Positions 63,306 through 64,000 of a stretch of DNA of 64,000 bases are shown here, piece by piece. Made by a program: the position numbers and the translations under genes. Under the pieces are notes generated by a model. It saw only the letters and a list, made by a program, of their open reading frames with translations. It did no database searches and had not been told where the DNA came from. Origin of the DNA: an uncultured Bacteroidales bacterium (GTDB lineage Bacteria; Bacteroidota; Bacteroidia; Bacteroidales; FEN-979); the NCBI GenBank assembly GCA_903903985.1, contig CAIVAT010000163.1, positions 9,061 to 73,060 of the forward strand, written 5' to 3'. Within the stretch, counting starts at the first letter, position 1, and the number at the start of each line of letters is the position of its first letter.

Positions 63306-63473
63306 ATTGACCGAAATTTTTGCTAAATGTAATATTTTTCTTCATAATCAAACCGGGATTGTTTGACTTCGGGGAGGGAGCAGGCGCACAGGTGGAAAAG
63401 TGGACCAGCATACGAAAGGAAGGGTGAAAATATATTCATGTTTTTATTTGATAAATTTTTCACAATTATATAT

Positions 63474-63481
63474 TATATTTG
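63474..63481 (+). promoter_or_regulatory. candidate -7 promoter box
   Basis: TATATTTG matches TAnnTTTG and lies 32 nt upstream of the ATG at 63513. Confidence 0.45.
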
Positions 63482-63512
63482 AACGAGATTAAACCAACCA
63501 AATACTTTACTT

Positions 63513-64000
63513 ATGAAATCGATTTATCTGATTATCTGTAGTATAGCCTTAACTATCGTGGTTGATGCGCAAAATATCACCAATTACCAGTTTGCTGCAA
63601 CCAATGGGTCGTTCACTCAGCTTGCTGGCGGAACAACGATGGAACTCACCAGCGGTACTGCAGAAAACGGGTATTTCAACAATATCCCGATCGGTTTTAC
63701 ATTCTACTTTATGGGTATCCCGTATACCACGGTTTCTGCTTCCACGAGCGGATGGCTTACTTTTGGCCAAAACATTACAAATGCATATATAACAAACAAT
63801 CTTTCCTCCAGCGGTAACCGACCTCTGATCGCACCATTGTGGGACAACCTCAGTCTTCAAACAAATCTCAATTTCAGCTACCAAACCAATGGAACAACTC
63901 CAAACCGTATTTTCACGGCAGAGTGGCTGAACGTCAAATGGTATGCTTCCGCATCCAATGCGGCTATCTCGTTCCAGACCAGGCTTTTTGAATCCACCGG
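63513..64000 (+). CDS. secreted hypothetical protein (3' end beyond window end)
   Basis: Hand translation from the ATG at 63513 gives MKSIYLIICSIALTIVVDAQNITNYQFAATNGSFTQLAGG...IPIGFTFYFMGIPYTTVSASTSGWLTFG..., open to base 64000. It is absent from the track because no stop lies in the window. It has a signal peptide. Confidence 0.6.
   Translation, partial: MKSIYLIICSIALTIVVDAQNITNYQFAATNGSFTQLAGGTTMELTSGTAENGYFNNIPIGFTFYFMGIPYTTVSASTSGWLTFGQNITNAYITNNLSSSGNRPLIAPLWDNLSLQTNLNFSYQTNGTTPNRIFTAEWLNVKWYASASNAAISFQTRLFEST

Noticed and set aside
1-64000. Search for tRNA, rRNA, tmRNA, riboswitch, CRISPR, toxin-antitoxin or known defence-system genes
   Set aside because: Reading all spacers longer than 100 nt gave no cloverleaf-compatible sequence, no rRNA-like conservation and no repeat-spacer array. 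No nuclease, ATPase or reverse-transcriptase ORFs typical of defence islands were seen. Absence is by-eye only and should be confirmed with tRNAscan-SE, Infernal and DefenseFinder.

Overview
The window reads as a Bacteroidota-type chromosomal segment. Evidence: T9SS C-terminal sorting domains, an rpmG-DUF4295-ftsY-rimO block, TAnnTTTG promoter boxes, and LytTR/LytS-type signalling. All calls come from reading the ORF translations and the DNA by eye; no BLAST or HMM search could be run. I support about 48 protein genes. I recognised no rRNA, tRNA, CRISPR array, prophage or transposase. Content by region: (1) 1-11.4 kb is housekeeping (thioesterase, rimO, ftsY, rpmG, xerD-like, SDR, class-III aminotransferase, aat, C1 aminopeptidase, radical SAM). 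(2) 11.4-27.4 kb is a same-strand cluster of secreted glycoside-hydrolase-like proteins with no SusC/SusD pair: a GDE_C-like giant, two GH63-like paralogs and a DUF2961/GH172-like protein. It also holds a CAP-SPOR fusion and an FGE-domain fusion protein. (3) 27.5-35.2 kb has ogt, a sodium:solute symporter, a phosphoesterase, an M23 peptidase, an SDR plus a bacterial EXPERA/TMEM97-like membrane protein, and galM. (4) 35.3-50.6 kb is the most unusual locus. It has one LytTR regulator and two paralogous TPR-ectodomain histidine kinases. Each kinase gene sits only 11-17 nt behind a T9SS cargo gene (a 14-blade Asp-box propeller; an S8/PKD protease with an internally duplicated module). A tightly coupled LolA-like plus sortilin/VPS10-like pair follows. 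(5) 50.6-64 kb has ppk2, galK, a GH2 beta-mannosidase, a GH92 alpha-mannosidase, a DMT transporter, an M64 peptidase, a decayed HxlR gene, an OM beta-barrel and an AI-2E transporter. Non-coding signals the genes do not explain: a dispersed family of 7-nt tandem repeats (TYG plus four A/T-rich bases) that mostly ends 0-8 nt before start codons; a GC-rich palindromic repeat family in two divergent promoter regions; a perfect 24-bp palindrome upstream of the symporter; and an 18-nt tandem duplication filling the SDR-EXPERA spacer. Three real ORFs are missing from the supplied track: DUF4295 (53 aa) and two edge-truncated secreted proteins.
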